NCBI GenBank assembly: GCA_964415505.1
Contig: CAYQAR010000001.1
Location: forward strand, 17,908-81,907
DNA: 64,000 nucleotides
Direction of reading: 5' to 3'
DNA from: an uncultured Chromatiaceae bacterium
GTDB lineage: Bacteria; Pseudomonadota; Gammaproteobacteria; Steroidobacterales; GCA-2729495
This document shows, piece by piece, positions 39,160 to 49,022 of the stretch. Made by a program: the position numbers and the translations under genes. Each line of letters opens with the position of its first letter. Position 1 is the stretch's first letter. A model generated the notes under the pieces. The model searched no databases, was not told the origin of the DNA, and worked only from the letters and a program-made list of their open reading frames with translations.

Positions 39160-39816
39160 ATGGACGTCCTGGCAGCGCTGCGGGCACGACGCAGTATTCG
39201 CGCCTTCAGGCCCGATCCGGTCGACGCGACACTCCTGCGGCAGATCCTCGAGGGCGCCCGCGAGGCGCCCTCCTGGTCGAACACCCGGCCTTACCTGGTC
39301 GCGATCGCCACGGGTGAGCGGCTCGAGGCCATCCGTGCCGGCATGCTGGCTGCCGTCGATGCCGGGGTGCCGACGCCCGAGCACGCCTTCCCCACGGACT
39401 ACCCGTCACCGCTGCGGGAACGGCGCCAGGCGACCGGCTACGGTCTGTACGCCACGCTCGGCATCGACAAGCGTGATCTCGCGGGGCGCCAGCACCAGTT
39501 GCGCCGGAACTTTGCCTTCTTCGATGCGCCGGCAGTGATGTTCCTCTACGTGCACGAGGCGCTCGGGACCTGGGCCGTGCTCGATTGCGGCGCGTTCCTG
39601 CAGGCGCTCCTGCTGCAGGCGACCGCACTCGGTCTCGGTACCTGCGCGCAGGCGACCGCCGGCGCTTATCCCGAGGTGGTCGCGCGCCACTTTGCCGTCC
39701 CCGATCGTTACCGGCTGATGTGCGGCGTGGCCGTCGGGTACTCCGCCGATGCGCCCGTCAACACATTCCGGCCCGAGCACGCTCCCGTCGATGAGCTGCT
39801 GATTGCCGCACGCTGA
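39160..39816 (+). CDS. Nitroreductase family protein
   Basis: RRSIRAF, APSWSNTRP, NFAFFDAP and GLGTCAQ motifs. Confidence 0.9.
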   Translation: MDVLAALRARRSIRAFRPDPVDATLLRQILEGAREAPSWSNTRPYLVAIATGERLEAIRAGMLAAVDAGVPTPEHAFPTDYPSPLRERRQATGYGLYATLGIDKRDLAGRQHQLRRNFAFFDAPAVMFLYVHEALGTWAVLDCGAFLQALLLQATALGLGTCAQATAGAYPEVVARHFAVPDRYRLMCGVAVGYSADAPVNTFRPEHAPVDELLIAAR

Positions 39817-40047
39817 GCCTCGTCAGGCTGCTGGGCCGGGGCTGAGCAAGGGCGACAGCCCCGCCAACCGGAAATCGGGCGATCTTCGCGGGCACCGGTC
39901 GGGCGATCCGCGACCCGGCCCGCGCCCCGGCACATTGACTTTTCGTCGCAACAGGTGCAGAAGACCAACGAGGCCGTTGCTGCAATTCATGCAGACTCGG
40001 CCACTCGTTGACGAAAACGCAACACAAATTCACGGGAGGTACCTGGT

Positions 40048-40701
40048 ATGACGACGCAAACTTCGTGCAGCACACCGGTGGTCATCCTGCTGGTGTTCGG
40101 GCTGGCTGCGGCACCGGCCTACGCGGACTTTTTCGTCGGTGGCACGATCGGCCAGAGTGATATCGGTTCGTACGAGTTCGGCGACGATACCGTCCAGGAG
40201 AATGACGACAGCGACACGGCCTACGACCTGTTCCTCGGCTGGCAGCCACTGGAGTGGCTGGCGGTGACGGCCGGTTACACGGATTTCGGTGAACTCAAGG
40301 TGGCGGGCAGCTTCGATGACGAGGGCACGGTCAACTATACCGACCAGATCGAGGCCACCGCCTGGGACGTCTCGTTGATCGGTATCCTCGGGTTCGACCG
40401 GTTCGCGCGTGAAGGCAGCTTCCTCGCCCGCATGGCGGTATTCGCGCAGCTCGGCGTTGCACGCTGGGACCAGGACATCAGCTGGATGGACGACATCTCC
40501 GGTGCCTGGTCCGGCGGCGACGACGGCACCAACGCCGTCTACGGTCTCGGTCTCAACTTCGGCGTGACCGACAACCTCGGTATTCACGTGCGCTGGGCCG
40601 ACTATGGCGACATCGGTGACGAGGACGACCCGAACAGCGGCCACGAGCAGGACTGGGCCATGTGGGGCATCGGCGGCACCTGGAGCTTCGGCGGCAACTG
40701 A
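40048..40701 (+). CDS. OmpA-like 8-stranded outer-membrane beta-barrel protein
   Basis: Signal peptide; GYTDFG, YGLGLNF; acidic loops; aromatic C-terminal strand. Confidence 0.8.
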   Translation: MTTQTSCSTPVVILLVFGLAAAPAYADFFVGGTIGQSDIGSYEFGDDTVQENDDSDTAYDLFLGWQPLEWLAVTAGYTDFGELKVAGSFDDEGTVNYTDQIEATAWDVSLIGILGFDRFAREGSFLARMAVFAQLGVARWDQDISWMDDISGAWSGGDDGTNAVYGLGLNFGVTDNLGIHVRWADYGDIGDEDDPNSGHEQDWAMWGIGGTWSFGGN

Positions 40702-40884
40702 CGTCCGTCAGCGCTGGCCGTCGGGCCGTGTGCCTGGCGGCCAGCCTGCTCCTGGCGACAACCTGGAGCTGCTCTGCGTCTGCCGGCTTCCCGGGGACGC
40801 GATGTGTGAAGGTGCAGATCGGGTTCCCATGCCGGGGGCAATGGGACGCTCAGGTACAATTTGGCCTGGAGTGCCGCCAGTTCC

Positions 40885-41388
40885 ATGCATTGTCCCTTCT
40901 GCAGCCACGAGGAAACCAAGGTGATCGACTCGCGGCTGGCGGGTGAGGGGCGGCAGGTCCGGCGCCGTCGCGAATGCCTGAAGTGCAGCGAACGCTTCAC
41001 CACCTTCGAGACTGCCGAGCTGGTCATGCCGCGGCTGGTGAAGCGCGACGAATCGCGCGAACCGTTCGACGAGGCCAAACTGCGCAGCGGCATGGTGCGG
41101 GCACTCGAGAAGCGCCCCGTCGGCATGGAAGCGGTCGAGGCCGCGGTCGCGCGCATTGCACACCGCCTGCAGACCATGGGTGAGCGCGAGATCCCCTCGC
41201 GGCTGATCGGCGAGCTGGTGATGGAGGAACTGCGCCAGCTCGACGAGGTCGCCTACGTGCGCTTCGCCTCGGTCTACCGCAGCTTCCAGGACGTGACGGC
41301 GTTCCAGGAGGAGATCCGGCGCCTGCGCGAGATCGGCGCGGCAGAGTCGCGTCGCAACCAGATGTCACTGCTGCCCGACGACCAGTGA
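40885..41388 (+). CDS. nrdR: Transcriptional repressor NrdR
   Basis: MHCPFC, RRRREC, ATP cone, [13 protein letters not shown]. Confidence 0.97.
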   Translation: MHCPFCSHEETKVIDSRLAGEGRQVRRRRECLKCSERFTTFETAELVMPRLVKRDESREPFDEAKLRSGMVRALEKRPVGMEAVEAAVARIAHRLQTMGEREIPSRLIGELVMEELRQLDEVAYVRFASVYRSFQDVTAFQEEIRRLREIGAAESRRNQMSLLPDDQ

Positions 41389-42488
41389 GCGCCACCGCCG
41401 ACGACTACCGCTGGATGGCCCGTGCGCTGCAGCTCGCACGTCGCGGCCTGTACAGCGCGCACCCGAACCCGCGCGTGGGTTGCGTCATCGTTGCCCGTGG
41501 CGAACTGGTCGGCGAGGGCTGGCACCAGCGCACCGGCGGGCCGCACGCCGAGGTGGTGGCGCTCGCCGAGGCCGGCACAAAGGCCGCCGGCGCCACGGCC
41601 TACGTGACACTCGAGCCCTGCTGCCACCACGGCCGCACGCCGCCGTGCACCGCAGCGCTGCAGCGCGCGGGCATCCGCCGCGTGGTGTTCGCCGCGGCCG
41701 ACCCGAACCCGCGGGTAGGCGGTGGCGGGGCGCGGCAACTCGCCGAGGCGGGTATCGGCTGCCTCGCCGGGGTGCTGGAGGCAGAAGCGCGTGTGCTGAA
41801 CGCCGGTTTCAACTCGCGCATGGAACGCGGCCGGCCGTACGTGCGCGTCAAGCTGGCGGCGAGCCTCGATGGACGCACAGCGCTTGCCAGCGGGGCGAGC
41901 CGCTGGATCAGCAGCGAGGCCGCGCGCAGCGATGCCCACGAGTTGCGTGCGCGCAGCTCGGCGATCCTCACGGGGGTCGGTACGGTGCTCGCCGACGACC
42001 CGGAACTCACCGTGCGGCGCCCCGACCTCGGCGAGGTCCGCGGGCCGGAGCGGCTGGTGCTCGACTCGCAGCTGCGTACGCCGCCGACGGCCAGGCTCTT
42101 CGCCGCGCCCGGGCGCGTGCGCATCCTCTGCGGTGCATCCGACCCGGTGCGGCAACGAGCACTGGAGGCGGTCGGGGCCAGTGTCGAGGTGCTGCCGGCG
42201 CCCGGCGGGCGGCCGGACCTCGCCGTCCTGATGAAGCGGCTGGCGGAACTCGAGTGCAACGAATTGCTGGTGGAGGCGGGGCCGCAGCTTGCCGGCGCGC
42301 TGCTCGACGCGGCACTGGTCGACGAGATCGTGCTCTACCTGGCGCCGCACGTGCTCGGTGCCGATGCGCTCGGCATGTTCGCCAGCCGTCCGCTCGCGGA
42401 CATGGCGGCGCGCCACGCCTTCGAGATCATGGACCTGCGCCGCGTCGGGCCGGACTGCCGCCTCAGCTTCAGGCCACGGAGTTCCTGA
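41385..42488 (+). CDS. ribD: Riboflavin biosynthesis deaminase/reductase
   Basis: [23 protein letters not shown] and SLDGRTA motifs. Confidence 0.97.
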   Translation: MSATADDYRWMARALQLARRGLYSAHPNPRVGCVIVARGELVGEGWHQRTGGPHAEVVALAEAGTKAAGATAYVTLEPCCHHGRTPPCTAALQRAGIRRVVFAAADPNPRVGGGGARQLAEAGIGCLAGVLEAEARVLNAGFNSRMERGRPYVRVKLAASLDGRTALASGASRWISSEAARSDAHELRARSSAILTGVGTVLADDPELTVRRPDLGEVRGPERLVLDSQLRTPPTARLFAAPGRVRILCGASDPVRQRALEAVGASVEVLPAPGGRPDLAVLMKRLAELECNELLVEAGPQLAGALLDAALVDEIVLYLAPHVLGADALGMFASRPLADMAARHAFEIMDLRRVGPDCRLSFRPRSS

Positions 42489-43093
42489 TGTTCACCGGAA
42501 TCGTGTCGTGTGTCGGCCGGCTGGTAGCCGTGGAACAGCATGATGGCGACGCGCGCCTGCAGGTGGATGTCACCGGGCTGCCGGTCGCACGGCTGGCGCT
42601 CGGCGCGAGTATCGCTGTCAACGGCGTGTGCCTCACCGTGACGACCCGCGAAGGAACGGTCGTGGCTTTCGATGTCTCGCGCGAAACGCTGGCCCTGACT
42701 ACCCTCGGACGCCTTGCGCCGGGCGCGAGGCTGAACCTGGAGCCCGCGCTGACGCTGGCCGAGCCGCTTGGCGGGCATCTCGTCAGCGGGCACGTCGATG
42801 GAGTCGGGGAAGTGGCCGCGATCGAGCCCGACGCCCGCTCCACCCGCGTTGTCTTCCGCGTGCCGGCCGGGCTCGCCCGCTACGTCGCTCGCAAGGGCTC
42901 GCTCTGCGTGGACGGGGTCAGCCTCACCGTCAACGAGGTGGTCGGGGACCGGGCTGGCGTGAATCTCGTGCCCCACACGCTCGGGCACACTATCATGGGC
43001 GACTACCGTCCCGGGACGACGGTCAACCTGGAGGTCGACCTCGTCGCGCGCTACCTCGAGCGGCTGCTCGGGGAGCAGGGCCGCCTGCCGTGA
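42488..43093 (+). CDS. ribE: Riboflavin synthase (alpha chain)
   Basis: MFTGIV start; GGHLVSGHVDG; VNLEVD. Confidence 0.95.
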   Translation: MFTGIVSCVGRLVAVEQHDGDARLQVDVTGLPVARLALGASIAVNGVCLTVTTREGTVVAFDVSRETLALTTLGRLAPGARLNLEPALTLAEPLGGHLVSGHVDGVGEVAAIEPDARSTRVVFRVPAGLARYVARKGSLCVDGVSLTVNEVVGDRAGVNLVPHTLGHTIMGDYRPGTTVNLEVDLVARYLERLLGEQGRLP

Positions 43094-44241
43094 ACAGCAC
43101 CGGATCGAACGTGACACCAGACCAGTCCAGCTACGCATTCGCCGACGTGCAGGAGATCATCGCCGACCTGCGCGACGGGCGCATGGTCATCGTCGTCGAC
43201 GACGAGGACCGCGAGAACGAGGGCGACCTGCTCATGGCTGCAGCGCGCGTTCGTCCCGAGGACATCAATTACATGGCCCGCTACGGTCGCGGCCTGATCT
43301 GCCTGACGCTCACCCGCAGCCGCTGCCAGCAGCTGCGCCTGCCGCTGATGGTCAACGGCACGGACGAGACCCAGGCGACCAATTTCACCGTGTCGATCGA
43401 GGCAGCCGAGGGCGTGACCACCGGCATCTCGGCGCACGACCGGGCGCGCACCATCCGCGTCGCCGTGGCGCCGGAGGCGCGTCCCGAGGACCTGCGCCAG
43501 CCGGGGCACGTGTTTCCGCTCATGGCCCAGCCGGGCGGGGTGCTCACCCGTGCCGGCCACACCGAGGCCGGCTGCGACCTCGCGCGACTCGCCGGGCTCG
43601 AGCCGGCAGCGGTGATCGTGGAGATCCTCAACGAGGACGGCACCATGGCGCGGCGCCCGCAGCTCGAGGCCTTCGCGCGCGAGCACGGGCTGAAGATCGG
43701 CAGTATCGCCGACCTGATCCGTTTCCGGCTGCAGAACGAGGTCTCGGTCGAGCGCATCTCCGAGCAGGCGGTGGCCACGGAGTTCGGCGAGTTTCGGCTG
43801 CTGTCCTACGAAGATCACGTCAACCGCAATGTTCACCTCGCACTGGTCCACGGGGACCTCACCCGCGGCGTGCCGCTGGTGCGCGTGCACGTGCAGGACA
43901 CGCTCGGTGATGTCATCGGCGTGCAGAGCCCGCGCCTCGGCTGGCCGCTGCGTGCCGCCATGCGCCGCATCGCCGAGGCTGGTGCCGGCGTGGTGGTGCT
44001 CCTGCGCTATCCGGAGGAGCCGCGCCAGTTCGTCGCGGCGATTCGCGCGCTCGCCAGCGACGGCGTGCCGGAGCCGGCGCGGCGCGAGCGGGTGGCGGTA
44101 CTGCGTACCTTCGGCACCGGCGCCCAGATCCTGCGCGATCTCGGCGTCACGCGCATGCGCGTGCTGAGCGCGCCAAAACAGATGCACGCCATTTCCGGCT
44201 TCGGCCTCGAGGTTGTAGAGTACGTCGACGACCCGGCGTAG
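43090..44241 (+). CDS. ribB: DHBP synthase fused to a degenerate GTP cyclohydrolase II domain (RibBX type)
   Basis: DDEDRENEGD and RAGHTEA intact; C-domain VRVHVQDTLGD lacks the zinc-binding cysteines. Confidence 0.9.
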   Translation: MNSTGSNVTPDQSSYAFADVQEIIADLRDGRMVIVVDDEDRENEGDLLMAAARVRPEDINYMARYGRGLICLTLTRSRCQQLRLPLMVNGTDETQATNFTVSIEAAEGVTTGISAHDRARTIRVAVAPEARPEDLRQPGHVFPLMAQPGGVLTRAGHTEAGCDLARLAGLEPAAVIVEILNEDGTMARRPQLEAFAREHGLKIGSIADLIRFRLQNEVSVERISEQAVATEFGEFRLLSYEDHVNRNVHLALVHGDLTRGVPLVRVHVQDTLGDVIGVQSPRLGWPLRAAMRRIAEAGAGVVVLLRYPEEPRQFVAAIRALASDGVPEPARRERVAVLRTFGTGAQILRDLGVTRMRVLSAPKQMHAISGFGLEVVEYVDDPA

Positions 44242-44268
44242 CGACGCCGGGGCAGCCGTCAGGATTCC

Positions 44269-44736
44269 ATGCGCACCATCGAAGGACAAATGACCCTGCG
44301 GGATGCAAAGTTCTGCATCATCGCGGGCCGCTTCAACGACCGCATCGTCGAGGATCTGATCCGCGGCGCCGGTGACGCTCTGCGCCGGCACGGGATCGGC
44401 GACTCGGCGATCGATCTGGTGCGTGTGCCCGGTGCCTTCGAGCTGCCGTTGGCGGCGCGCCGTCTCGCCCGCACGCGCCAGTACGACGCCCTGGTGGCAC
44501 TCGGCGTGGTCATCCGTGGCGCCACGCCGCACTTCGATTATGTCTGTGGCGAGTGCGCCGCGGGCCTGAGTCGCGTCAGCCTGGAGTTCGAACTGCCGGT
44601 CGGCTTCGGCGTGCTCACCTGCGATACGGTCGACCAGGCGGTCGAGCGTGCCGGGGTCAAGCACGGCAACAAGGGCGCCGATGCCGCGCTGGCCGCCATG
44701 GAAATGGTGAGCCTGCTGCGGCAGATCGCGTCCTGA
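44269..44736 (+). CDS. ribH: 6,7-dimethyl-8-ribityllumazine synthase
   Basis: RFN, VPGAFELP, IRGATPHFDYV and GNKG motifs. Confidence 0.97.
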   Translation: MRTIEGQMTLRDAKFCIIAGRFNDRIVEDLIRGAGDALRRHGIGDSAIDLVRVPGAFELPLAARRLARTRQYDALVALGVVIRGATPHFDYVCGECAAGLSRVSLEFELPVGFGVLTCDTVDQAVERAGVKHGNKGADAALAAMEMVSLLRQIAS

Positions 44737-44750
44737 GGGGAGCGGGTCGT

Positions 44751-45176
44751 ATGGCTCGTGGGCGCCACGGCGCGCGTCGCTTGTTGCTGCAGGCCCTGTA
44801 CCAGCGCCAGCTCGCCGGTCACGGGGCCGCCGAACTGGTCGCCCAGTTCCGCGACAGCAAGGAGTTCCGCGGCATCGACGCCGCCTATTTCGAACTGCTG
44901 CTCACCGAGATCGTCGGTGCCGAGCCCGCGCTCGATGCGCTGATCGTCGCCACCGCCGATCGACCGGTCGCCCAGCTCGATCCGGTGGAGCGCGCCGTGT
45001 TGTGGATTGCGGTCGCCGAGCTGCGCGATCATCCCGACGTGCCGCCACGCGTGGTGATCGACGAGGCCATCGAACTGGCGCGCGAGTTCGGTGCCCAGGA
45101 CGGCTTCCGTTACGTCAACGCCGTGCTCGACGCGATGGTGCCGCGGCTGCGTACCGGGGAGCGTCCGCCCGCCTGA
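44751..45176 (+). CDS. nusB: Transcription antitermination factor NusB
   Basis: ARRLLLQALYQ, VVIDEAIELAREFG and YVNAVLD motifs. Confidence 0.95.
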   Translation: MARGRHGARRLLLQALYQRQLAGHGAAELVAQFRDSKEFRGIDAAYFELLLTEIVGAEPALDALIVATADRPVAQLDPVERAVLWIAVAELRDHPDVPPRVVIDEAIELAREFGAQDGFRYVNAVLDAMVPRLRTGERPPA

Positions 45177-45205
45177 GGCGGGTGCGCTGCGGCGCTGCGC
45201 AGGCC

Positions 45206-46189
45206 ATGACCCCGCGCCGGGAGCTCGCCGAGGCCGAGATCATCACGCGTTTCTTCGCGCGCCCGGCGCCGCGGCGCCGCGACGTGGTGCTCGGTATTGG
45301 CGACGACGCCGCGGTGACGCGCCTTGCCGCTGGCTACGAGCTGGTGACCGCCGTCGACGCGGTTTTCGAGGGCGTGCATTTCCCGCGCGGCACACCGGCG
45401 CGTGCGGTCGGCCACCGCTGCCTCGCCGTCAACCTGAGCGACCTCGCCGCGATGGGTGCCGAGCCGCTGTGGGCGACGCTCGCGCTCGCCCTGCCGGCGG
45501 CCGATGCACGCTGGCTCGGTGGATTCGCCCGTGGCTTCGGTGCGCTGGCCGATGCATGGAACGTGGCGCTGATCGGTGGCGACACCGTGCGCGGGCCGCT
45601 TGGCATGTCGGTGACAGTGCACGGCCGCATACGGCCCGGTCGCCTCGTACGGCGCTGCGGCGCGCGTCCCGGCGACGGGCTGTACGTCACCGGCAGCCCG
45701 GGTGATGCGGTGGCCGGGCGCCTGTTGCTCGACCAGCCACGCGGCGGCTCCGCCGTGGCAGCGCTGCGCCGGCGCTTCCTCTATCCGCAGCCGCGCCTGC
45801 ACGAGGGCCGCCTGCTCGCGCGTGTCGCCTCGGCGATGCTCGACGTCTCCGATGGCCTGCACGACGACGCGGGCAAGCTGCTCGCGGCGAGCGGTGTCGG
45901 TGCCGACCTCGATGTGGCGTATCTGCCGCTGTCGGCGGCGTTGCGCGCCGTGGCGGGCGAGGAGCGCGGCCGCCTGCTGGCACTGACGGGTGGTGACGAC
46001 TACGAATTGCTGTTCACGGTGCCGGCGCGCCACGAGCAGTTGCTCGCCAGGCTCGCCCGCGGCTGGTCCTGCGGCGTGGCGCGGCTCGGTACGGTGAGCG
46101 CGCGCAAGGGGGTGCGCTGGCGTCTCGATGGCCGGCGGTTCGCCTTCGCGGACCGCACCTACCGGCACTTCGCCGTGGGGCGACGGTGA
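45206..46189 (+). CDS. thiL: Thiamine-monophosphate kinase
   Basis: GIGDDAA, NLSDLAAMGA, DVSDGL and GGDDYELLF motifs. Confidence 0.95.
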   Translation: MTPRRELAEAEIITRFFARPAPRRRDVVLGIGDDAAVTRLAAGYELVTAVDAVFEGVHFPRGTPARAVGHRCLAVNLSDLAAMGAEPLWATLALALPAADARWLGGFARGFGALADAWNVALIGGDTVRGPLGMSVTVHGRIRPGRLVRRCGARPGDGLYVTGSPGDAVAGRLLLDQPRGGSAVAALRRRFLYPQPRLHEGRLLARVASAMLDVSDGLHDDAGKLLAASGVGADLDVAYLPLSAALRAVAGEERGRLLALTGGDDYELLFTVPARHEQLLARLARGWSCGVARLGTVSARKGVRWRLDGRRFAFADRTYRHFAVGRR

Positions 46190-46686
46190 CGGCCGTGCCG
46201 CGGCGCGAACTCGCGCGGGCCGTCCTGCGCGATCCCGTGCACTGGCTCGCCTTCGGCGGCGGGGTGGGGCTGCTGCCGCTCGCGCCCGGTACCTGGGGTT
46301 CGGCCCTCGCGGTGGCACTGTTCTGGCTGGCGCCGCCGCTGGCCCCGGTGGTGCACGCCGCGCTGGTCGGTGGTGGCTTCCTGCTCGGCTGCTGGATCTG
46401 CGGGGCGAGCGCGCGCCGCCTCGAGGTGCACGATCATCCCGGGATCGTGTTCGACGAGATCGTCGCCATGTGGGCGGTGCTCGCGCTCACCCCCCGGCAC
46501 CTGGCCTGGTCAGCCATCGCGTTTCTCGCCTTCAGGATCATGGACGTGTGGAAGCCCTGGCCGATTCGGGAGGCCGATCACAGAATCGGCGGAGGGCTGG
46601 GAATTATGCTCGATGACGCGTTAGCGGCCGCATTTGCGGCCGTCGTCGTGTCGAGCCTGTGGAAACTCTACGCGTACCTGCCCTGA
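46186..46686 (+). CDS. pgpA: Phosphatidylglycerophosphatase A
   Basis: APGTWGS, HDHPGIVFDE, KPWPI and GIMLDD motifs. Confidence 0.95.
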   Translation: MTAVPRRELARAVLRDPVHWLAFGGGVGLLPLAPGTWGSALAVALFWLAPPLAPVVHAALVGGGFLLGCWICGASARRLEVHDHPGIVFDEIVAMWAVLALTPRHLAWSAIAFLAFRIMDVWKPWPIREADHRIGGGLGIMLDDALAAAFAAVVVSSLWKLYAYLP

Positions 46687-46739
46687 CTGAAGACGTCGTC
46701 CCGCCCGCTGGCCGCAGTGCCGCGGGGCCAGGTGCCGCT

Positions 46740-48002
46740 GTGCCCGAGCGCATCGGCAAGTACGTCATCGTCAACGAAGTCGGCAAAGGCAGCACCGGCA
46801 CCGTCTACCTCTCGCACGACCCGTATTTCAAGCGGGACGTGGCCATCAAGGTCTACAACATCGTCACCGCCGACGATCCCGAGCGCGCGCGCATCGCCCG
46901 CAAGATGTTCTTCAACGAGGCGCGCATGGTCGGGATGCTGCAGCACCCGAACATCCTGCCGATCTTCGACGCGGGCGAGGAAAACGGCCACTACTACGTC
47001 GTGATGGAGCACGTGCAGGGCGCGCGCACGCTCGGCGCCTATTGCCGCCCGGACAACCTGCTGCGCGTCGACGACGTCGTCAAGCTCGTCTACAAATGCG
47101 CGCGTGCGCTGCAGTACGCGCACAAGCGCGGTGTCATCCACCGCGACATCAAGCCGAGCAACATCATGCTCACCCGGGACAACGATGTGCGCATCATCGA
47201 CTACGGCATCGCCTTGCTGCGCGATGCCGACGTCTCGAGGATCGAGGGCATCGCTGGCTCGCCGAGCTATATGTCGCCCGAGCAGGTGGAGTCGGCCGAG
47301 ATCACGCCGGCCTCGGACATCTACTCCCTCGGCGCAGTCGCCTACGAGTTGCTCACCGGCTTTCGCCCGTTCCGGGCCAGCACGCTGTCGAGGTTGCTCA
47401 ACCAGATCGTCTACGCCACGCCGCCACCGTTGCACACGCTGCGCGACGGCATTCCGGACGAGCTCGAGCAGGCGGTGATGGCGGTCCTCGCCAAGGATCC
47501 GGTCGCCCGCATCAGTGCCGGGGAGTTTTCCGCACGCCTCACGCGCGTCTACCAGCAGCTGCGCGACCAGTACGCCAAGGCGGACAACCAGGAACACTTC
47601 GACCAGTTGCGCCGGCTGCGCTTCTTCCACGACTTCGCCGGCCCCGAGATCTGGGAGCTGCTGCGGGCGAGCGAATGGCGCGAGTACGGCCCGAACGACG
47701 AGATCGTGCGGGAAGGGGAGATGGACGACCGCTTTTACGTGATCGTCGAGGGCAACGTCACGGTCGAAATGAATGGCAAGTCCGTCGGCAATCTCATCGA
47801 GGGTGACTGCTTCGGCGAGAGCAGCTACGTCGGTGGCGTGAAGCGCAATTCGACCATTCGCGCCGACGGTTCGGTCACGGTACTCAGCGTCAGCGCCACC
47901 CTGCTCGAGCAGGTTTCCACCGACTGCCAGCTGCGCTTCAACAAGGTGTTCCTGCGCTCCCTGATCCGCCGCCTGCAGGGCTCGAACGGCACGCGCACCT
48001 GA
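46740..48002 (+). CDS. Hanks-type Ser/Thr kinase with C-terminal cyclic-nucleotide-binding domain
   Basis: GKGSTG, VAIK, HRDIKPSN, DYG and YMSPEQ; cNMP domain IVREGE..FYVIVEG..FGE..RNST; start uncertain (46659-46740). Confidence 0.9.
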   Translation: MPERIGKYVIVNEVGKGSTGTVYLSHDPYFKRDVAIKVYNIVTADDPERARIARKMFFNEARMVGMLQHPNILPIFDAGEENGHYYVVMEHVQGARTLGAYCRPDNLLRVDDVVKLVYKCARALQYAHKRGVIHRDIKPSNIMLTRDNDVRIIDYGIALLRDADVSRIEGIAGSPSYMSPEQVESAEITPASDIYSLGAVAYELLTGFRPFRASTLSRLLNQIVYATPPPLHTLRDGIPDELEQAVMAVLAKDPVARISAGEFSARLTRVYQQLRDQYAKADNQEHFDQLRRLRFFHDFAGPEIWELLRASEWREYGPNDEIVREGEMDDRFYVIVEGNVTVEMNGKSVGNLIEGDCFGESSYVGGVKRNSTIRADGSVTVLSVSATLLEQVSTDCQLRFNKVFLRSLIRRLQGSNGTRT

Positions 48003-48017
48003 CGCGTGTGACGCGCC

Positions 48018-48317
48018 TCAGGCGTCGTCCTCGTCGTCGGCTTCCGCTTCCTCATCGTCCGTGGCGTCGGGCGCACCGCCCGCGCCGGCGAGAGCCTGCG
48101 CGTCGAGATCCTTCAGGCCCTCGTCCATCAGCACCTGCACGCGCTGCTCGGCATCGCGCAGGGCCACCTGGCAGTCGCGGCTGAGTTTCACGCCACGTTC
48201 GAATTGCCGCAGTGCTTTCTCCAGCGGCAGGTCGCCGGACTCGAGCTGCGTGACGATCTCCTCGAGTTCGGCGAGAGCCTTCTCGAGATCCGGGCGTGGA
48301 CGACGGGCTTCGGTCAT
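48018..48317 (-). CDS. xseB: Exodeoxyribonuclease VII small subunit
   Basis: [40 protein letters not shown]. Confidence 0.93.
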   Translation of the reverse strand: MTEARRPRPDLEKALAELEEIVTQLESGDLPLEKALRQFERGVKLSRDCQVALRDAEQRVQVLMDEGLKDLDAQALAGAGGAPDATDDEEAEADDEDDA

Positions 48318-48419
48318 GGCGTGGCACTGCGGCGGGCGACGGGGTGCGCGCCACGTTCGCACAGGCCCCGGTACCGGTCAATTGCGTGGTGTGCCTGCCG
48401 GGTCTGGTTCGCGGGGAAA

Positions 48420-48465
48420 TTGACAGCCTCTCCACGGACTGCCTATATTCCAGAACAAATCTAAA
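48420..48465 (+). promoter_or_regulatory. Sigma70 promoter of the rubrerythrin operon with an overlapping Fur/PerR/Irr-like box
   Basis: TTGACA(48420)-18 bp-TATATT(48444); TCCAGAA-CAA-ATCTAAA at 48449-48465. Confidence 0.6.
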
Positions 48466-48506
48466 GTGGTCCCGGGCGGGACCAGAATCACCTGAGGAGA
48501 GCCACC

Positions 48507-48926
48507 GTGAAACTCAAGGGCAGCAAGACCGAGAAGAATCTCAAGGATGCCTTCGCCGGCGAATCACAGGCGAACCGCCGTTACCTCTATTTCGCAGCCA
48601 AGGCCGACGTCGAGGGCTACAACGACGTCGCCGCCGTGTTCCGCTCGACCGCGGAAGGCGAGACCGGCCACGCCCACGGCCACCTCGAGTACCTCGAGGC
48701 CGTCGGCGACCCGGCAACTGGCTTGCCGATCGGCGAGACCGGCGCCAACCTGAAGGCCGCCATCGCCGGCGAGACCCACGAGTACACCGACATGTACCCG
48801 GGCATGGCCAAGGCCGCCCGCGACGAGGGCTTTGCCGAGATCGCCGACTGGTTCGAGACCTTGGCCAAGGCCGAGCGCTCGCACGCCAACCGCTTCCAGA
48901 AGGCTCTCGATACCCTCGGCCGCTGA
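48507..48926 (+). CDS. Rubrerythrin (short type, no rubredoxin domain)
   Basis: [28 protein letters not shown] and AERSH motifs. Confidence 0.95.
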   Translation: MKLKGSKTEKNLKDAFAGESQANRRYLYFAAKADVEGYNDVAAVFRSTAEGETGHAHGHLEYLEAVGDPATGLPIGETGANLKAAIAGETHEYTDMYPGMAKAARDEGFAEIADWFETLAKAERSHANRFQKALDTLGR

Positions 48927-49022
48927 GGCCGCTGCTGCCGGCCGGTGCCCGGGGCGTGCTCCGGGCGCCGGCCACTTTCGAACCGGTCGCCCCACCGCAC
49001 GGGGCGCCTTGCGGAGGTGAGC

